A DNA stretch of 64,000 nucleotides, from positions 62,001 through 126,000 of the forward strand of contig JABANN010000010.1 in NCBI GenBank assembly GCA_013115125.1, written 5' to 3'. A program made the translations under genes and the position numbers. Of the stretch, positions 13,001 to 25,236 are shown in pieces. The notes below the pieces were generated by a model. That model saw only the letters and a list, made by a program, of their open reading frames with translations, was not told where the DNA came from and did no database searches. The stretch is from Perkinsus olseni (taxonomy: Eukaryota). Each line of letters begins with the position of its first letter. Position 1 is the stretch's first letter.

Positions 13001-14400
13001 CTCATCGAGCTCCCCTTTCACTCGCTTAGCAATGTCCTTCTCACTGGCCGATAGCTTGTTGGCTAGCTGTCCAGTCAGACTACTCAGGTCCTCCTCCTGA
13101 AAGCATCACCCCCTGCTCTATTAGCCTAGTTCGTCCCGAGGAACCTGTACCCTTTCCTTCAGCTTCTCCCTCAGCTTGCTGTTTCCTTTCTGTAGCTCCT
13201 CGATCTTCCTCACGTGACTGGCAATCACTTCTTCGTAGTGCTCTCGCAGCTGCTGGACCCTGGAGGACGGCGTGCAATAATTTTCGGAAACAGCATCGCT
13301 TTCGATCGAGCTGCCCTCTCGGAGCCTTCCATCTGTCGTCGCAGAATCCACAGTAACGCACAGTCAATAAACCTTCAAGTTTCATGACCATTTCACTAGG
13401 CCACGTGCTATACGCTGAGTACTCTGTTAAGAACTATATTCTCAATGATTCAAGAGTGAGCGCACCCTAGAATCACCAGAGGATCTTCGAGATCTCTCTT
13501 CAACCAACCACTGATATCAGCCCTTCCAATGACCGAGCCCGGTGACCAAGACTGGTGACTAGGCTTACAGTATATCGGTCTTAGAAGGGGCCTTCTCGTT
13601 CGAGCTGGTCTCGGCCTGCACGGCGCCATAAAAGTCGCAGAGGTCAGCGTCATTTTGAATAGGATTCCTCGAGAGGCCAGTGTAACCTGAGAGCAAGATG
13701 CAAAGACGCGTAGCGCTTTGGTCCGCCAGTCACTTGACATAATCATCTCCACCAACTTTACTTCGGCGTCGGTACCAAGCGCTTCCGCGATGCCACTCTT
13801 GAGCGCCTAAGAGAGCGAAAACGATCGTAGTCTTCATGAATACCGAGAGAACGCAAGTGGCAAGATCAACTAGAGAAGTCCGTCCTGCCCTCACTTGAAA
13901 AGTAATCGGCGTGCCCTCACTCAATAAGACCGCCTCAGAAAAATCGACAACGAGTATCACAAACTTGGACCTGATGAGAAACACTGCGCATCTCTGACGT
14001 TACGGCGTGTCGGGCGAACTGCTGTAACCAACCCCCTGGCAGTCGTAGCTGTCCCAAACATCAACAATGGACGTTCAGCTCACATTCGACTATAAATCTC
14101 CCTAGGTGGATAGGGAACAACGACACTGTGACCAGGCGGGGTGAAGGAAGAGGAGGACAGCTCAGGCGCAGTACTCGGCCTAGCCGGGCAGGACTCGACT
14201 AGGACCGTATCCGGTCTCCCCGACAGTCCGTCCAACATATCATCGAGCATGACAATGGCTCAACTAGAGACACGGCAATAGAACGGATGCGATTGAGTAG
14301 CGCGCCCAGTAGCTTCAGAAAGAGCCCCCGCTGACTGTGTAAGCTCTGATTCACAATAACCGAGCACAAAACGCTCCTATGAGACACCTCCGCTTTTCTA
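10020..14400 (-). CDS. One or more hypothetical multi-exon genes (coiled-coil segment ~13121-13351; beta-rich, possibly C2-like segments)
   Basis: Series of minus-strand ORF fragments bounded by GT/AG sites; coiled-coil RVQQLREHYEEVIASHVRKIEELQKGNSKLREKL. No family recognised. Confidence 0.3.
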
Positions 14401-14727
14401 CCCAAACCGTCACATTAGGCACCCGAGCAGTTAGTAAGGCACTCGAAGTGTCTACCAGACTCTCAGTCCCGCAGTAACAAACAAAACTCAGTATCAAGTC
14501 AATCCGTGTCAACCACCGTCAGGTGACGAGGCAGCAATAGAAGCAAATAGTAGCAATGATACAGATACAGTGAAGTCCTTCATTGAGGCGCAGATCGAAC
14601 CACTCCATTCCCAAATCCCAGGCATATCGTCCACATTATATTACACATAGGTGAGCTCCTTGCAACCTTTCTTCGGAGGACTTAGTGACGACTTCCGATA
14701 TTTTCATGGCCCACGAACCACACACCG

Positions 14728-16863
14728 TCATTCTCCACCCTCCAAACGCCGCCTCTTCACCGGAGAATGTGTTGCTTCCGGCAACCCCCGTTTCGACCGG
14801 TCATGCTCAACATCATCATCACTATCACCCATAGGCGGTGGCGTGAGGCTCCGACCCTCGGTGCTCACCTCACTCAAGTCGCCAGCGTCCTCTTGCGGCA
14901 GACCCTCTCCAACGTGTAGCTCCAACCCCGGGTAATTGACATGTAACCAATTACCGTTCACTTTAACCAGCATGGCCTGCTCGTTGACCGACTGTATCTG
15001 CAGCCCCGCTTTACCATCAACCGTAGCCGTGGCCGGGACAGTGGACTTCTCGCCCGTCCCATCAGGACTGGACCCGAACTGCCTCAATCGCCTCTGCTGT
15101 TGCTGTGCTTTTTTCTGACGCCTCACAGCACTGTCGACCTTTTTCAGTTTGGCTCGGAGCTCCCGAATGTCCGGCCGCTGATCAGGATGGTCTTGAAGGT
15201 TCAACTCCATCAATTTGGCCCCAGTGCAGAGCGTCACCCGCCCTCGGATGTGCCGCTCAGGCAGCGTCATATCTCGCTTATGGACAAAGCCGTGTTTTTC
15301 GTACCAACTAATAGCATTCTCACTGGCATAGGTAATCACATAGTGAACCCCGCTAGATGCCAGTAGCGTCAGCCACCGCTTGAGCAGCCATGACCCGAGA
15401 CCCTGCCGCTGCCTCGTAAAGTCCACACTAAAAAAATGAAGCTCACTGAAGCCGAGCTGAGGGTCCAAATGGTGACAGAGGGCTGCTAGCGCTTGGTCGG
15501 GCTCGTCCAGTGTAACCAGTGCGTGCATCCGACTCCGGGCCGATCGGCACATTCGAGGGATGTAGCCGCGGTCGAATTCTGGCAGCGTCCTACCGAACAC
15601 CGCAAGACACGACTCCACCAAGGCAGGCGTCATCGTGCACTCAGTTCGCTCACTGTGATCAGCCGAAAGAGACTCTACCGCCCCCATAGAAGCATAGTCG
15701 GACAACGGTGACTCGATGCTGGCCTCAGGCGGGGGAGTCGACATGCTACCAACGACACGAAGTCTCGATCGATCCAAGACACCATGCTTCCGTATCCGCT
15801 TGTAGTGGAATAGAGCGTCGATCGTCTCGTCGTACAGACCCTTGTTATCACCTGTATACCGCACAGTCAGCAGCGTGCCACGCACCTCGTAAACCGAGGC
15901 TTCAAACACCCCTCGCATCTCCCCGCCGAAGCGCTCATCGTGGACAATCTTCACCAAATCGCCAACTCGATAGGGTGTGGTCAACTTCTCATCCTTCTCA
16001 ATAATGGACGAATGAAGGCTCCTTGCTACTGCGAGCGCCGTACTACTCACCGATGGTGCATGAGCGCTAGAAGCCGTAGCAACCTTTTCAGAAATATTCT
16101 CCTCAGCCACATGACTGCCATCACCCTCCGCCGACTCCGTATCAACTTTCGTACTCTCTGCTGGAGCTTGTGCCGTCCAAGTCGGCCTGAGCGTGTTGTT
16201 AGGTACCAAAGCCGCCCCTGCTGCAGAATACGGCAACCCCGTCCCCGGCTGAATTGTCGCATGCCTGTTCCATCGCTCTTGCTGGCTAGCCCGTATCAAT
16301 GCCGCTTGCGCTCGCGTATAGACTGCTGGAGAGGACTTGTCCTTCCCATTGGCCGTCGGTATGCTCGCAGCCCCTCCCTCATCAGAGGTCGTATTGCCGA
16401 CCGAACTCGTGGACGTCGAGTTCTCCGATGTATCGGTAGAGTTAACATCAGCGGTCTTCTTTGCCTCCATCATAGTCTTCCCGGATCCCTGTCTCTGCTT
16501 TTCTACTATCTGCGCAGCGAGCATCACAGCATTACGAAGCTGCTCCTGATTGTGTTGATGCCCCGGGAGCAGGTAGTACTTCGCCATAGCTGCCGCCGCT
16601 TCAGCCGCGGAGACATTACTCGTCGAGTTCATACCAGCTTTTGGCGAAATCTTATCGTTCGTGGGAGATCCACCCGCCGCTGCCTCCTTGCCGTTCGTGT
16701 TCACCGTCCTCCCATTACTCTCGGCGTTACTCCCTCCACGGTCCTCAGTAACATCTAGTCCCTGCCTCACTCCACCATCTTCTTGAGCATCATCATCCTT
16801 CAGCGCCGAAGGGCTCGGCAGAACAGCTGTCCGTGCGGAGGAGGCCGGTAGTGGTTGTGACAT
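14728..16863 (-). CDS. GCN5-type GNAT histone acetyltransferase-like protein with Tudor/Agenet-like domain, single exon
   Basis: 711-aa ORF. VFGRTLPEFDRGYIPRM, FSELHFFSV...QRQGLGSWLL and VITYASENAISWYEKHGF parallel GCN5 HAT motifs. YRVGDLVKI...FEASVYEVRGTLLTVRY is Tudor-like. Confidence 0.75.
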   Translation of the reverse strand: MSQPLPASSARTAVLPSPSALKDDDAQEDGGVRQGLDVTEDRGGSNAESNGRTVNTNGKEAAAGGSPTNDKISPKAGMNSTSNVSAAEAAAAMAKYYLLPGHQHNQEQLRNAVMLAAQIVEKQRQGSGKTMMEAKKTADVNSTDTSENSTSTSSVGNTTSDEGGAASIPTANGKDKSSPAVYTRAQAALIRASQQERWNRHATIQPGTGLPYSAAGAALVPNNTLRPTWTAQAPAESTKVDTESAEGDGSHVAEENISEKVATASSAHAPSVSSTALAVARSLHSSIIEKDEKLTTPYRVGDLVKIVHDERFGGEMRGVFEASVYEVRGTLLTVRYTGDNKGLYDETIDALFHYKRIRKHGVLDRSRLRVVGSMSTPPPEASIESPLSDYASMGAVESLSADHSERTECTMTPALVESCLAVFGRTLPEFDRGYIPRMCRSARSRMHALVTLDEPDQALAALCHHLDPQLGFSELHFFSVDFTRQRQGLGSWLLKRWLTLLASSGVHYVITYASENAISWYEKHGFVHKRDMTLPERHIRGRVTLCTGAKLMELNLQDHPDQRPDIRELRAKLKKVDSAVRRQKKAQQQQRRLRQFGSSPDGTGEKSTVPATATVDGKAGLQIQSVNEQAMLVKVNGNWLHVNYPGLELHVGEGLPQEDAGDLSEVSTEGRSLTPPPMGDSDDDVEHDRSKRGLPEATHSPVKRRRLEGGE

Positions 16864-17026
16864 GATAAATTCCCACTCCTTCTATAATAGGTTTCAAGAA
16901 GAGAAAAGACACCACCTGCTCAAAGCAGTTGTGACACCAAGCCCAAAAAATGAGTTAGTCCGACTGCCTCCCCAAACAAAACTCGGCCAATCTATCCACA
17001 GAAACGAAACATGCTTTAGACAGCTC

Positions 17027-19200
17027 TCATCGTTGAGCAGACTCGCCGATGAACTCATGCGCTCTTGGGTCCGTAACTTGCAGTTCTCCCTTCAAATGCT
17101 GACAAAATACAGGGATTCGTTCTCCACCATCACTGCATAATTGGCGGAAGTAACGAGAAACACAGTTCAAGAACCACTAGCGGCGTCTCCGACAACCTCA
17201 TAGTGTTCATGCTCGACTCCGTCCGGAGAGCCGCGCCACGGTAATCTTACCTTCTTCAATTGCTCACCCTTGAGAGGATAAGGGTGCGGCTCTACTATCA
17301 AAGGGTCTCGTATACACGGGTTATTCCACTCATCATACCTGATTACTCTCCCTCGGTCATATGAACTCCCACCCTCTTCAGCCCGAATCAGTATCAGATG
17401 GCCTCCAAACTTACTTTAGACATATTCGCCTCTGGCTTACTCTGATTCCTTGAGGTGGGTTGACCAACGGCCGCGGGAAAATATGCTGATCAGAAGCGTC
17501 ACTTACTCCATCCTCTCTCTTTGCGCGCCACAGAACCCTGATAGTACCCAGTACGCCTTCTGTCGTAGTTGTACGAGTAGTTTGTTATCCTCTACACTTG
17601 TTACGAACTCTGTCCGGTACCGCCAAAGATCTGGAACACGGGCCACGATGCTGCAACACTATTTGTGAATTCATTCTCACCTTCTCGCAACAGCTCCTCT
17701 CGAGGCTCCGGCAACACGTTAGCGTAGCTACAAGAATAGCTATCATGGAAACGGCGCATGTCTTCACGTGAACATGAACGAAGGTTCGCGTGAGACAGTG
17801 TCAGTCGGACTGACTCAGTCCGGGAGATAATACCCCTACAGCTGCGATACTGATGTATTCGTGGGAGCCTGGTACTCGCTGTTAAGACTCCCATAAAGCG
17901 CATTCTGTCACCGAACCATTCTTGCATCACACTCAGGATGAGAACTCCCGACCGGACCAGCATTCCTTCTGGTATGACAAACTAGTGAGATAGAGCCGCG
18001 AAATATACCAGACATTGCTGAAATCTATGATTCATCTAGCGTTGTTATTCGCGAATATTCTGGCCGGGAGAGAATGGTTTTTAACCGACGTTCTTGCGCC
18101 CGTTGAACCGTTCCCAATCGTGACCAAATACTACAAGCGCTCCTTCTCCGGGTCATAAGTATACTTCACTCGACCACTCACCGCAGCTTTCAGAGAGGTA
18201 GTCTTCGTTACTACTACATTCTCACCTGCCATAAGCAGCATCTAGCGACTCCCATGGAAGTGAAGGGCGAAAAGTCACCACGCTCCACGACCAAACGCTA
18301 GTTTGACAGTCCAAGTATCCTCTTAAAAACCCTATCCGTCTTCTACATTATGAGGGGATCCCACTCTATCCCTAACAATATATGAACCGCGTACCAGCCA
18401 CAGTGGCTGAGCCACTCAGCACTCGAACCGGCCTGGTCTGGACTACAGTTCGCCGGCACGAGTTACCTTCCGATCGAAGTGACCAGTCAAATAAATGCCT
18501 CCAACCGCTCATAGCCACCATCACGGCACAGGTAGGTGCCAATCAGGTGAGAGATTCCAAACGGTTGCTCATAGACACATTTTCCATCGGCATCGCACAG
18601 TGGAGACGACACGCCCTACCGTCAGACTCACCCGGATAGAACTTGAAGTTCCTCTTTCTTGTTGACCCCGGATTCTTCGATATGTAATGCCGTTGCTTGG
18701 CAATGATTCTACTAGCCTCAACATACTCTGAACTGAGCGCCTTCATCCCGATATGAGGCTTATCCGAAAAGCGGCGGGTGAAGGGACTGGTGTCAGCTGA
18801 AGAGCGAGGAGCCAATGACCAAGGGGACCTAGAGCTGTCCACTGGTATATCAACAGGGATGGAAGCTGCTGCGAATCTGCGTAGAGCAGAGCTCCTGCCC
18901 CGTCTGAATAAGCCCAGGATCTATTCACACTAGTACCCACACTGTATAGCGTAATGTATATCAATCAAGTGGATCTGCTGGATATCCCATGCTGGAGTCC
19001 CCTCCATATCTCCTCCTACCGGGCTTATCATAGGCCTGTTGCTTGGTGACTTTGCAGCGTATTTGAGTTTGCCATGGTTCCAGCATCCACAGCGACACTC
19101 GACTGTGCGGGCACAGGGCCAGGAGACCCATCCCTCCCACTCGACGTGAGCCAGCTCGAGCGAGGAAGTTCATGGGAGAGGCCAAGAAACTACGGCACAT
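17027..19200 (-). CDS. Hypothetical multi-exon protein
   Basis: Spliceable terminal exons YDEWNNPCIRDPLIVEPHPYPLKGEQLKK | VVGDAASGSLNCVSRY...GESAQR* (stop 17027-17029) and upstream minus-strand ORF fragments. 5' end uncertain. Confidence 0.4.
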
Positions 19201-19364
19201 CCAAGTAGGTCTTTTCTGAGTAGCTCAAGAATGCAGATGCTCTAGCCCACTGAATGCAAGATTCCTTTCCCAAACTCAACCGTCCCTCCAGGATTGAAAG
19301 GTGTCATCCAACGTAAACCATAGCGATAATAGACCACCCAAATTCGCTCAGTCGCCCCGCCTTC

Positions 19365-22300
19365 TCAGAACTTGATCTTCTTATGCTTTTTCCTCTGCCT
19401 CCTTTCAGCCTGTCCAGGCGCTGTCTGCGGCGTGGACAGAGTGGGAGTCGGAGCCATCGACGAAGATCCTTCTGTAGTCTGAATAAACTTCAGCTCGACA
19501 ACATCGCGCAGATAACCAAACTTCCCGTCCATTACTCAACATAACTTCTATTACCTTGTAGCCAGCCGCTGCCATTGCCGCTCTTTCTCTGTCCTCATGC
19601 TCCAACAGCTGTTTCCTGATGAAATCCGCGGATAGAGTCTGATCATCTGCCTCCATCTCGCTCGGGTTAATGGCCATAGTTGTGCCACCACTCGGCGTAG
19701 CAGTGCCACCTGAAGAAAGCCAACAATAATCAAGACATCATTGTCCCGGCTCTGCCTACCCAATGGAGTCGTGGCTGCTGCGACGTTGTACACGTGGGAG
19801 CTCGGGAACAATGCCGAAGCTTGTGTCGGAATATTCTTTTGTGGAAGAACCTGCGGGGCGAGAAATTATATTATCCCAAGACGGTGCAAGAAAAAACTCC
19901 ATCGCAGAAATTCTGATTTAGAGTAGACTATCGTTTTTCATCTCCGATTTTCGAACTTCAACGTCCGTTCTCATTCTACCTTCGTACCGGCCGATCGAAT
20001 GGCAAGAATGAACACCAGTCACGTTCCCGCCGCCTGCTACCTTATACAGCTGGTGAGTAGGAGTAGCAGTAGCGCTCGCCACAGACTGGATGCCTCCTCG
20101 GATATCCACTTGGCCGGGGGTGCCGATACCAGAAGTGATGGATGTGATACCACCCACGGACGTGACGCCAGAGGTATCCAGGTTGACCAACGGTGTTTGC
20201 GTCCCGAGAGGTGTCTCCAAACCACCGCGGAGAATCGGTGTCTGGGTGCCGCCTCCTGAAAAACAGACAGTGGAACACGATGAAGAAGAGAGCGATCGGT
20301 ATACCGACTATAAGCCACCAGCCGACCTGCTCAGAAATACGAAGTGAAAACTTTCCCCACACTGACCTTCTTTCCTGGCAGGTCTGCCGCCTTCGTCCTC
20401 TTCAACGTCCATTACTTCCTCATCCTCGGACTCATCCGAGCCGGCGTCGGATGCATCCGAAAGGAACTCACCCCAAAGGTAGTCCTTATCATCTAATGAA
20501 AACATCGCCTAGGAAAGGGGACCGACAAACCGAACCCGTCCGAACCCGTTAATTCCCACTATCCATAATAAAGCGAAGGGCATACATCCCACTGCATGAA
20601 AAACGCGAGCGAATGACCGCAGTGATACCCGCAGAGTCGATCCGGAACCACTGCACGAAGAAGGGACGCAAAAGCAGGTTCGAGCATTCACTGTTTTCTC
20701 ACCCTGTTACAAAAGCTCATCATGTTGACTCAAGAGCAATTCTATATCGCAGATCGTAAGCCAGATGAGCTAGCTCCACCCCGAGTCCACCGCATACTAC
20801 CATGTCCGGTATCCACTTCGGTATCTCCCTTAGTTCTATCCGTCTCGATATTCCAATTACCATATAATGGATTGCCATATTCGTCAACCGGCGGGCGTCC
20901 CCAACCTAGAAACCAGAGGATATCTCAGAGAAACCTTTTCCAAGCGCAACTGACAAAGCTCGTACTAAACTCGCAACAGTACCTCGGCGTCACTTCAGCA
21001 ATCGTTCAAGCCAATCGCTCACGCAAATATTCAAGGCACGCCACCCGAGACTACACTACAAGGTCAATACGTTCCTTGTCTCTACACAAGTCGCAGGCTC
21101 ACATACCGGCAGGTCAAAAACGTTGCCTCACCTCCAGGATGGTAACCCCAGTCCCCTCCCGCAGGTATAGGGGCATTCAGACCAGGAATTCTCAAGCCTG
21201 GGTAGCTTGGTGGTGGACCATAGCGTTGCATATTGAACAACCACGGTGGGGGACCGCCGTCCTAAGGTTGAAAAAACCATCGTCAAACCACGGCTTAGCA
21301 ATTGCGTAGCGGGCTCCGAGGACTGACCTCCATCCCAAGGGCTTCCCGTAAAGGCTCGGATATTTTCCCGGGCTTCTTGTTAATCATTCGAGACTCGTAT
21401 TCTCGACCTTCGTAATACATATCTCCATGCTTAGTAAGGTAAGGGCAAGGTGTTGCGTATCTAACGATGATGACAATGGCATGTCATCATGACATGCCTC
21501 TGATAATCAGAAGTCCGCGGAATCAGAGTCCGACTCCGGCCAGAACGGACGCACGCCGTCTTACCCCCGCGTATGAAGAAGTATAATGAACGCACGGACT
21601 GCACATGCCACGAAGATACTCAGAACAAACCAAGTTTCGGCACCGCAAAGGATCGCGAAGCCCCATAGTACGCCCCCGAAAGTACTACTTAAAGAAAGCA
21701 TCGTGCAGCACGTTGTAGTCAATATCCAACTTGCCAACTTTCGGTCGAATCTTTTCTCGAGATATCGACTTCAGCGTCTTCTCTTCCTCCGCCTCCAAGA
21801 TAGACTGTCGGATCTGTATGCAGAGAAGGCATTCCTCGGAATTCTGGAAGAGAGCGGTATGAGTTAGTACCTTAGCAATGCCTGTCTGCTCGATATAAGG
21901 CGGTAACCTATACCGAGGTTTCTCGCTTCCTCTCTTGCACGCCATGTAGCGTCGCTTGCTGTTCCAATGCCTAAATGAACAGTTCCCGAACGGAGCCTGC
22001 TAAAGCGGAACCAACCTTGGCACCGGCACAGTGTTACGGGTACTTTTGATATGTACCAGGAAGAACGGGTCACTCCCCGAGTTATCCCAGGACTCAACCA
22101 CCTAAGTGAGAGCAGAGTATACATCGCCTAGGCGACAGAGCACCCTTACATCTGGTCTAGTGACCAACTCCTTGAGCTTGACCAAGGGTATCCTAGAGGC
22201 GTCCCGGATCTGCTTGCTGGTCCAATGGGGCTGACCATTTTTACCGGCTTGACCATATCCCAAGCTATCGAGTCGTCGACCCTACGAGCGGCAGGAATAC

Positions 22301-23066
22301 CAACTCGACTGATAGAACGACGCTCTCCGGCACAATACCTCTTCCTGGAACTTCTGCAGAGCGGTCAACCCTCCGTCTTTCTGTTCGTCTTCATTCGAGT
22401 CCTCTCCCTCATCTTCGCCCACTGTAGGCTGCAATTTTTCGTACCTAACGCAGACTACTCCACCTAATTCGCCAAGCTTCTCTCATAGTACGCGGCCTTG
22501 AATTCCTCAGGTAAAGTATGGACGGTATACTCGATATCAACCTGGTCATCATCGACGGTGTCCGAGGGAGTGGTCTTCTCTTCTTCCTTATGTTTGGCTT
22601 CAACAGCTTTAACCTACATGTGGCGCTCGTGTCAAGATACACCCCGGAGGAAACACCTCACAATTCTAAATCAATGCCCGATGAAGAAATCTAACTTCTC
22701 CCGTCGTCACATTGGCTGCCCGCGATACTCTCTTGTGAGATTCATTTCAACACGATATTTTCTCTTGTAATACACTTATCCTACCACACGAGGCCCACTG
22801 CCCGGAGGCCACAGAAAAATTCCAGGCCAAAGACATCCACTATATCACTTCAAGCTTTCGATTACTGTAGCGGAAACGCGGGGTGGGCGGTCTCTAGTCT
22901 AAGCGTCAGATGGGAAGCAATGCTCGTGGAGCGCGAGAGTTCAGTCACAAACGAAAACATGATCCCGGCTTATAACCTCTCTCCTTCTCTTTCGGGCCTC
23001 CTTCCTCTTGAGAGCTCTCTTCACTCGGGTACGCTCCTCTCGCTGCGCTGCAGTGAGAGCTACCAT
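19365..23066 (-). CDS. SF3B2: Splicing factor 3B subunit 2 (SAP145/Cus1), multi-exon
   Basis: VPRHWNSKRRY, YRLPPYIEQTGIAK, IRPKVGKLDIDYNVLHDAFFK, LTKHGDIYYEGRE, PPWLFNMQRYGPPPSYPGL, GRPPVDEYGNPLYG, GLETPLG/GITSITSG; terminal KKHKKIKF* (stop 19365-19367). Confidence 0.95.
21478..21498. repeat. Perfect inverted repeat, 10-bp arms, 1-nt centre, in an SF3B2 intron
   Basis: GGCATGTCAT-C-ATGACATGCC. Confidence 0.85.
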
Positions 23067-25236
23067 TATGAAGACAAGAGGCTCTACGAAGATACTTGTA
23101 CTCTTTTGACTGCTGCTCAAAAAATACATAGATCGATCATACGGGCGCGCGCTTAATTCCGGTCCGCGTCCGTACCTGCGCGCACTGGTCCCATCATCGG
23201 ATCGCTGTGAAGCTATGGACAACGAATCGGCATGATGCCTGACTTCGTCACGTTGGGGGTGACCGGTTCCTTCGATGGTATCAAATTGATGCGAAGTGAA
23301 CCAGCCACTCGCGTGCGGCCCTCCTTTTGGTGACCCAGTCTGGGATAAATACCGAGTCACCTAAAGGAGTCCGTACTATGGCCGCCACTGCTACGGGCTA
23401 GGTTTTTCTGACGGGCCTCGTCACACCCATCCCGCATCGCCGATCCCGCGATCGCCGGTAGTGATTACAGCATAAAGTCGGAAAGAATTACTTGTGCAGG
23501 CTGCCATTCGTGACCACCGACTCGGTGCCGGCAGCAGCACCGTCACGGTGCCACCGTGCGGCGTCGAGCGGTCTACGTGTCATTCTTAGTGCTGCACTGG
23601 AACCGTCGAAGAGTTTCTTGTCAATAGAATCGTCTATATGAGCGGGCAGCTACCTGCTCGTTCTCCCACAATTGCCTACGTCGTAGAAAGATGCCCTCTT
23701 CTCGGGTTGACTGCCGAGTCAAAGTCCGCTCAGAGGTCCGTAAAGAAGGCCTACATGCCAACGTTCGGAGAAGCGATAGCCGCGGATTTGCCTTTTGGGT
23801 CACTTCTACTGCTACTGCTGCTGCCCCCCGCTTTGCATTAAGCAAGCCTTTTGCTTCCGGTTCCGGTCAAGCTCTTTCTTTCGGCTCCGCCTTAGTTACC
23901 GGTCTACCCTAAACGTCCGTATGAGGATGGCAAAAGTGTGAAGGCAACTCGGTTCGCGGCTCGGCAGATGTGCAGGCTCTCATAGACTGTACTGGGTAGA
24001 TTGAGTGAAAGCTATGGGGGTGGAGTTGCGAAGGAACCCGGAGATATAAGATGGAGCTTCGACCCCTCGGCACCACGTGATTGCAGCACTAGCACAGGAC
24101 CATCGAGAACTGAGAGTCATGCGACGCGAAAGCTTTGGATAGTCCGATAGTCCCCTGTCGCCGCCATTGCTCTGCGTCAGTGTCGTAATTTCCACACAAC
24201 TTCCACGTGTGGTCGTGTCTTCGACACTACATGGCGTTCAAGTGCTCCCTATTGGATTGGGCCTGAATGTATCATCCCTGCTGGATCGGTTCTTCTCCTG
24301 CTGTCTGATTGAGACATGGTCGTAGGGTATTGCCGTACCCCTGCTGTGAATGCGTTGGTAGTATATATTGGCCGCAACAGATATTCACTACGTGAGTTCA
24401 AGAGCGTGTTATATCTTGTAGCGCAGGTCAGTAAGTGATTCGTCTGCCACTGTCAATCGCAATGCTCAAGAAGTAACCCTCGGCGTGGAACACTATGACG
24501 CTGACGTTCAAGTATGGTTTGACATTATTGAGGCTTGTGTTGTGTTCGGAAGACATAGCTCACCCGTTAAACATGACTGACGCAAGGAGCGCCGGGATCA
24601 TAGGAGATGCACCTCAGGATCCTACGCCTGATACACCCGCACGGACAGTAAGGTGAACAAGCATAAGAAACGGCGATACGCAGTGCACAGAGCCCGCCCT
24701 TGCCTGGGGATCTGAGGCTGAACTACAGTGACGAATTAAGGGGACGGGGCCCAAAAAGTTTTTGACAAGAACCGCCTAGCTTCTTTTCGGGGGACAGCAT
24801 TGTGTGTTAAGGAACTGCATGTAGTGAGAATACTGTAGTCCTTCGTAGTTTATGGATATTATCAATTCCAGCACGACTAGCATGTAGGCTCCGTCATGTA
24901 ACAGGCAAGTGATTACTTCGCTCGCTTGTCGCGAAGTCGTCTTAACGGATATAGTTACTGTAATTCCCGAACTCGACTTAGCCGATCGTCTGCGGGAGGA
25001 TATCCTTGGCAAGTTACCTAGCGGTCGGCTGGGGACAGTTGTGTGGCGCAGGAAGAAAAGCTACCGACGTATTTCTGTCTGACAGCTAGGGAATTTCACG
25101 GCTAGAACGCACCTGACGTTGAAAACGGCTGCATTCCTTGTTATAGAACACGGGAAGTGGTTAGAGGACGGAACCTCTTCCGTATCGTCAACGGCAGGAT
25201 CACTGTTTTCAGTGTTCCTTTGTGCACCCTCCCCTT

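Noticed and set aside
19365..19400. Suspected frameshift at the SF3B2 C-terminus and a suspected GC donor near 22495
   Set aside because: Recounting the T-run gives in-frame RKKHKKIKF*, and a GT donor a few nt further gives FKAA|YEKL.
20632..20646. Exact 15-mer CAGAGTCGATCCGGA shared between an SF3B2 intron and a dynein IC intron (44816-44830); considered as a snoRNA guide or intron element
   Set aside because: A few exact 15-mer matches are expected by chance in 64 kb, and there is no convincing C/D box pair around either copy.
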